Positions 58,931 through 64,000 of a stretch of 64,000 bases of DNA are shown here, piece after piece. This DNA comes from an uncultured delta proteobacterium (GTDB lineage Bacteria; Desulfobacterota; Desulfobaccia; Desulfobaccales; 0-14-0-80-60-11), in contig CAWETI010000002.1 in the NCBI GenBank assembly GCA_963812015.1, forward strand, positions 1,408,001 through 1,472,000, given 5' to 3'. Each line of letters starts with the position of its first letter. Position 1 is the first letter of the stretch. Below the pieces are notes generated by a model. That model did no database searches. It had not been told where the DNA came from and was given only the letters and a program-made list of their open reading frames with translations. The position numbers were made by a program, and so were the translations under genes.

Positions 58931-59746
58931 ATGGCTGGCCTGATGGATAACCCGGACAAGAAGGGAGCTCCCGAAGCCTGGATTACGCTGGAAACCCAGG
59001 GGAGTCTCTGGTGGAAGAGCAAGTCGGCGACCTGGGGTTTCCTGGCCCTGGTCCTTTTATGTCTGGGGCTGTTTTTCTGGGGGTTTCACTACCGCGGCCT
59101 ACTGTGGGGCCAGGTGTGCTATTACTCCGGCCTCTGTGCCGACAAGCAATGGATCAAATCCATCCTCGAAGCCGCGGGGCCCCTGGCGCCCCTCATATTC
59201 ATCGTGATCCAGGCCCTCCAGGTGGTGCTGGCCCCCATCCCCGGGGAAGCCACCGGCTTCGTCGGCGGCTACCTGTTCGGCGTCCCCCTGGGCCTGTTCT
59301 ACTCCACTCTCGGGCTGACCCTCGGCTCGGTGGGCGCCTTCCTCATAGCCCGCTGGCTGGAAGAACACTACGTGGCCCGCTGGATCCCCAAGGAAATCCT
59401 CCAAAAATTCGACTTCCTGATGGAGCGCCAGGGGGCCCTGATTTCTTTCATCCTCTTCCTGCTACCCGGTTTCCCCAAGGACTACCTCTGCTTCGTCCTG
59501 GGCCTGAGCCGCATGCCCTTCAAATTATTTCTGCTGATCAGCACTATCGGGCGGATTCCCGGAACCCTGCTCTTAACCCTCCAGGGGGCCAAGGTTTACG
59601 AGGGCGACTATTACAGCACTCTGGTCATCCTGGGGCTGTGCCTGGTCTTCATCGTGGTCCTGGGGTACTACCGGGCGGCGGTGTACCGGTGGATAAGGCG
59701 CTTTGACCATCCCGAAAACCAGGCGCCGGGTTCGGGCAACTCATAA
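58931..59746 (+). CDS. TVP38/TMEM64 (DedA superfamily) membrane protein
   Basis: QALQVVLAPIPGE...GGYLFG, LLPGFPKD. Confidence 0.92.
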   Translation: MAGLMDNPDKKGAPEAWITLETQGSLWWKSKSATWGFLALVLLCLGLFFWGFHYRGLLWGQVCYYSGLCADKQWIKSILEAAGPLAPLIFIVIQALQVVLAPIPGEATGFVGGYLFGVPLGLFYSTLGLTLGSVGAFLIARWLEEHYVARWIPKEILQKFDFLMERQGALISFILFLLPGFPKDYLCFVLGLSRMPFKLFLLISTIGRIPGTLLLTLQGAKVYEGDYYSTLVILGLCLVFIVVLGYYRAAVYRWIRRFDHPENQAPGSGNS

Positions 59747-59817
59747 GGTGGGGGGAGGGCCGGGGCGGGTGACCCTGGTGCCCTCCTGCAGAAATATGCT
59801 TATCAAGGGAGCAAACC

Positions 59818-60834
59818 ATGGTAATGGATTCTGAAGGCGGTTTTGATCAAATTATGGCCATGGCCCGGGGGTTCCAGGTCTCTAAAATGCTTATGGTGGC
59901 CGTGGATCTGGGCCTGTTCGATTTCCTGGCCGAACCTAAGAGCGCGGTGGAGACCGCGGCCTGGCTGAAGGCCGACCACCGGGCCACCGGCATCTTCTTG
60001 AACGGCCTGGCGGCCCTGGGTATCCTGGACAAGGGCGTGGACTACTTCCGAAACAGCGCCCTGGCCTCCCGCTACCTGGTGCGGAGTTCGGAAAATTACC
60101 GGGGGGCCATCATCAAGCACATGGAACACACCTGGAAACGGGGCTGGGAAGACCTGCACCAAACGGTTCTGGTGGGTCATCCCCCGGAAGTGGACAAGGA
60201 AAAATGGGTGGATAGCCGACCCGAACGGGACGAAGCCGAGGTCCGGTCCTTCATCTGGGGCATGCACGCCATCGCCCGGGACCTGGCGCCCACCGTGGCG
60301 GCCCGGCTGGATCTGAAGGGCGTGCGCCGTCTGTTGGACCTGGGCGGCGGCCCGGCCACCTATGCCATCAACTTTGCCCAGGCCAACCCGGAACTTAAAG
60401 CCACCGTCTTCGACCTGCCCATGCCCATTGAGATCGCCCGGGAAAATATCGCCAAAAACGGCCTGACGGATCGGGTGGACACCCTGGCGGGAAACTTCCT
60501 CCACGATGACATCGGCACGGGCTACGATTTCATCTGGATCTCCCAGATCCTCCACAGCCATGACGAGGGGCAGTGCAAGCTCATCATCGCCAAGGCGGTG
60601 GCCGCCCTCACTGCCGGGGGCACCCTGGCCATCCAGGATTTCTATCTCAACGCCGACGGCGCCAGCCCCAAGGGCGCGGCCATGTTCGGGGTGCATATGC
60701 TGGCCGTTACCCCCCGGGGCCGGGCTTATACCCACGGCGAGGTGGCGGAGTGGATGCAGGAGGCGAGGCTGGCGGCTCCGGAGTTCATCGAGAGCGGTAT
60801 GGACGCCAGCATTTTGGTAGCAAAAAAGCCGTAG
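59818..60834 (+). CDS. O-methyltransferase (dimerisation plus SAM domain)
   Basis: AVDLGLFD, LLDLGGGP, VFDLP, GNFL, SQILH. Confidence 0.92.
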   Translation: MVMDSEGGFDQIMAMARGFQVSKMLMVAVDLGLFDFLAEPKSAVETAAWLKADHRATGIFLNGLAALGILDKGVDYFRNSALASRYLVRSSENYRGAIIKHMEHTWKRGWEDLHQTVLVGHPPEVDKEKWVDSRPERDEAEVRSFIWGMHAIARDLAPTVAARLDLKGVRRLLDLGGGPATYAINFAQANPELKATVFDLPMPIEIARENIAKNGLTDRVDTLAGNFLHDDIGTGYDFIWISQILHSHDEGQCKLIIAKAVAALTAGGTLAIQDFYLNADGASPKGAAMFGVHMLAVTPRGRAYTHGEVAEWMQEARLAAPEFIESGMDASILVAKKP

Positions 60835-60919
60835 GGGGGCAGTAAGTTACCGGGCGAAAAGGATGCCTTTCTCGGATGTAGTCAACCGGGCAGTAAAAAC
60901 TTAGACCGGATGGACCTCT

Positions 60920-61309
60920 TTATGCCGATTTGGGGCGATCGGGGCTATTTTGCCAGGGCCAGCGTCCGGTGATCTCCAGTTCCAGGGCAAAGCTCAGAAA
61001 GGTTAGAATTACTACCAAAAGCGCCAATATCCCCAGGTCCAGGTAGGTAGGACCAACCGCCACCGTGCCGACGATATCGGAAGCAATGAGAAATTCCAGA
61101 CCCAGCAGGATGGCCTTGCCAAAATCGCTGCGAAATCTCCGATAACAATCGTCCAGGGCTCCCTCTTTGATGACCCGCACGACAAAGATGATGGTGGTGG
61201 TTACTGCACCCACCACGATGATGCCAATGGCAATGGATTCGATTCCCACTGCGACCCATTTGATCAACTGATCGAAGCCCTCGAAGCCTCTGCTTGCGCC
61301 CACCATCAT
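60920..61309 (-). CDS. DUF1622-family membrane protein
   Basis: GKAILLGLEFLIASDI, FLSFALELEI.GRWPW. Confidence 0.88.
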   Translation of the reverse strand: MMVGASRGFEGFDQLIKWVAVGIESIAIGIIVVGAVTTTIIFVVRVIKEGALDDCYRRFRSDFGKAILLGLEFLIASDIVGTVAVGPTYLDLGILALLVVILTFLSFALELEITGRWPWQNSPDRPKSA

Positions 61310-61376
61310 GCAGTCCCCGCCAATGATAATTTTCTCTAATCTGCTGCGCCTACCAGGTTAAGTTTTTGTCAGCCCT

Positions 61377-62294
61377 TTATTCTTTGCTCCCTTGCCCCAA
61401 CAAATCTGTCAGCGCCGCCTCAATGCTGGGGAAGTTGAACATGAAACCTGCGTCCAGCAGCCGTTTGGGCAAGACCATTTGCCCCGTGAGCAGGGTGTCG
61501 GCAAATTCCCCCAGCATCAGGCGCAGCATGAATCCCGGGGCCGCCAACCAGGTGGGTCGGCCCAAGACCCGGCCCAGGGCCCGGGTCAGGTCCCGGTTGC
61601 GCACCGGGTGGGGAGCGGTGAGATTCACGGGGCCGGAGATTTCCGGGTGCGACTGGATGAACCGGAAGGCCCGGGCGTGGTCCTGCTGGTGAATCCAGGA
61701 GAACCACTGGAGCCCGGAGCCGATGGGTCCCCCCAGGAATTTCTTGAACATCGGGACCATCTGACCCAAGGCCCCGCCGTCCTTGCCCAGGACGATGCCG
61801 AAGCGGGTGACCACCACCCGGACCCCCAAATCCTGGGCTTTCAAGGCCTCGGCCTCCCAGTTTTTAGCCACCTCACCCAGGAAGCCGGCATCCGGCGGGG
61901 AATCTTCGGTGAGGACCTCCTCCCCCCGGGGTCCGTAGTAACCCACCGCCGAGGTGCTGCAGAAGAGCTGCCGCCGGTCCCCCGCGGCCAGGGCGGCCAC
62001 CAGGTTACGGGTGGTGCTCACCCGGCTTTCAAAGATTTCCTTCTTATGGGCTTCGCTCCAGCGGGTGAAGATGGAGGCCCCTGCCAGATTGATGATCCAG
62101 TCATGCTCCGGCACCGCCGCCATCCAGAGTCCCGCCTGGGTGGGATCGCCCGTGAGTAAGCTGATCCCGGCCGGGGCCGGAACCGGGGACTGGGCTCTGC
62201 GGCTGAGGATGGTGATGGTGTGGCCCGTCTGGGCCAGTTCCCGGGACAGATAGGTGCCCACAAAACCGGTGCCGCCGGTCATGAACACTTTCAT
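61377..62294 (-). CDS. TIGR01777-family NAD-dependent epimerase/oxidoreductase
   Basis: TGGTGFVG, INLAGA, SAVGYYG, GSGLQWFSWIH, GPVNLTAP. Confidence 0.94.
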   Translation of the reverse strand: MKVFMTGGTGFVGTYLSRELAQTGHTITILSRRAQSPVPAPAGISLLTGDPTQAGLWMAAVPEHDWIINLAGASIFTRWSEAHKKEIFESRVSTTRNLVAALAAGDRRQLFCSTSAVGYYGPRGEEVLTEDSPPDAGFLGEVAKNWEAEALKAQDLGVRVVVTRFGIVLGKDGGALGQMVPMFKKFLGGPIGSGLQWFSWIHQQDHARAFRFIQSHPEISGPVNLTAPHPVRNRDLTRALGRVLGRPTWLAAPGFMLRLMLGEFADTLLTGQMVLPKRLLDAGFMFNFPSIEAALTDLLGQGSKE

Positions 62295-62546
62295 GATGGC
62301 TGTCCTCGCTTTTTCCGGCGGGGCGGGGATCAGGGCGGGGCTCTCAACCCGGCACTCCATGCCCACTCCTGGAGACGTGCCCTCCGCCCAGTTTCATGAA
62401 AATTAACCATCAGGAACGGGTGGGGCAAGCATTTGGGACTCGGTCTGGTGGGACAGAAAGCATGGCCGTGGCGCTTCGCGATATTATGAGCGCCGCGGCC
62501 CCGAGGCCAGGTTCAATGAGCGCCGCGGCCGTGCCCAGCCGCAAGA

Positions 62547-63143
62547 TCACGTGGCGCCGGCGGTTTTCTTCCCCAGTTCCCTGGCTCCTAAAGCGATGAT
62601 AATATAAGACCAGCCGCTAAAAATCATTTCAATGGCCACAAACAGGCCGATCACCCAAAATCCCGACACCGGCCAGCGGGCCAGGATCATGAAGCCCAAA
62701 ATAATGGCGGCGATGCCCCCGATCAGAGGCCAGCCCCAGTTCTTGACGCGTCGTAGCTGAAAGGCCATGATGATGCGCACCACCCCGATGCCCACCAAGG
62801 CCCCGGCGATGAGCAGGGTGAACAGGGTTGAGGCCACCAGCGGGTCGGCCATGATGCTGAGGCCCGCCAGCACATACAGGATGGCAATGATCACGTGCCA
62901 CAGGACACTCTGCCACCCCCGGCATTTGAAGGTTTGAAAGATCTGGACCCCGCCGCCGATAAGCAGAAGGACCCCGAAAATAAACACGGTGGCCAGGGTC
63001 AGCCAGATGGTCATGCCCAAGCCGATGGTTCCCAGGATCACCAGGAGAATGCCCTGGGCCAGGAGCCAGCCCCAGTTATGGATCAGGTCCCCAAAGACCT
63101 CAGAGGGAACTAGAGCTTGTAATGATTCGGTGCCATTAGTCAT
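62547..63143 (-). CDS. HdeD/DUF308 membrane protein
   Basis: NWGWLLAQGI..ILG repeats; WP....WVIGLFVAIE. Confidence 0.9.
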   Translation of the reverse strand: MTNGTESLQALVPSEVFGDLIHNWGWLLAQGILLVILGTIGLGMTIWLTLATVFIFGVLLLIGGGVQIFQTFKCRGWQSVLWHVIIAILYVLAGLSIMADPLVASTLFTLLIAGALVGIGVVRIIMAFQLRRVKNWGWPLIGGIAAIILGFMILARWPVSGFWVIGLFVAIEMIFSGWSYIIIALGARELGKKTAGAT

Positions 63144-63361
63144 TCTTCCGCCTCCTCAAACCTGCGATATGTTCAGAATATAATTACTTCTTCTCTATCG
63201 GCCAGTGGTGGCGGAAAGTTAAAGTTGAGAAACCACAACCAACCGCCAGTCCAGGATAATTAAGACATTTACCGGTAATGCGCAGACAAAATCGAGGTTC
63301 TGACCGGATGGTTTATTAAGCGTCCCAGGAGCCATCTCACTGGCCAAGGGGTGCACGCATC

Positions 63362-64000
63362 TCAGGACTGGAAGAAGGAGGTCACCACCATCAATAACGT
63401 CAAAATGATCAAAATCACCACAGTGACCCAGGAGATGACATTATAACCCCAGTTATTGACATAGTCGCCCATGAGATCACGGTTGTTGACCAAGAGCAAC
63501 ATAAAGATCAGGACAAAGGGCAGCATCACCCCGTTGACCACCTGGGACCAAAACATCACCGCAATGAGAGGCATATTCGGGATGAGGATCACCCCGGCGC
63601 CGATGATTATGAGCAAGGTATAGAGCCAATAAAATACCGGTGCCTCTTTCCAGGAATGATTGATACCCGCCTCGAGGCCGAAGGCCTCGCAAGTGAAATA
63701 CGCGGTGGACAGAGGGAGAATGGAAGCCGAAAACAGCGAGGCATTCAACAGGCCGATGGCAAAGAGGGTGGAGGCCCAGACCCCGGCCAGAGGGGCCAGG
63801 GCCAGGGCGGCTTCTTTGGCGTTTTCTATCTTAATTCCATGTAGATGAATAGTGGCGGCGCATGCCACAATAATGAACATGGCCACGAAGTCACACATAA
63901 AACAACCTAAGATATTGTCCAGCCTAGAATAGCCGTAATCTTTGACGGTGATGCCTTTTTCCACCACCGCGGACTGAATGTAGAACTGCTGCCAGGGGGC
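63362..64000 (-). CDS. NRAMP-family divalent metal transporter, C-terminal part (runs off the window end)
   Basis: PWQQFYIQSAVVEKG, ALAPLAG, GLLNASLFSA, SQVVNG..LP. Confidence 0.9.
   Translation of the reverse strand, partial: APWQQFYIQSAVVEKGITVKDYGYSRLDNILGCFMCDFVAMFIIVACAATIHLHGIKIENAKEAALALAPLAGVWASTLFAIGLLNASLFSASILPLSTAYFTCEAFGLEAGINHSWKEAPVFYWLYTLLIIIGAGVILIPNMPLIAVMFWSQVVNGVMLPFVLIFMLLLVNNRDLMGDYVNNWGYNVISWVTVVILIILTLLMVVTSFFQS

Overview
GC-rich chromosomal window from a sulfate-reducing Desulfobacterota (deltaproteobacterial) genome. The dsrA-dsrB-dsrD-dsrN cluster and general gene content suggest a Desulfobacca-like organism (inference). It is mostly housekeeping and metabolic genes: lysC (partial), folD, gpmA, argJ, secA, lepB, purB, ispG, dtd, prmA, rsmE, an M16 peptidase pair, an RNase II-family nuclease, CooC, ClC, AmpG and NRAMP (partial). 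I recognised no rRNA, tRNA, CRISPR array, transposase or integrase. Main points of interest: (1) an iscU-iscS pair whose IscS lacks the PLP Schiff-base lysine (K->Q), resembling the non-desulfurase Archaeoglobus IscS, with an IscU that carries an extra His-flanked CxxC-CxxC tail; (2) a JAB peptidase plus E1/ThiF gene pair with no ubiquitin-like or E2 gene visible nearby; (3) a UxxC selenoprotein that the ORF track splits in two; (4) a HisI paralogue with degenerate catalytic motifs; (5) a rubredoxin missed by the ORF track; (6) two candidate structured RNAs starting at predicted sigma70 start sites; (7) three AT-rich single-gene insertions; (8) several intergenic palindromic and short tandem repeat families, including a nested MITE-like insertion. 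All calls come from motif recognition by eye; no searches were run.
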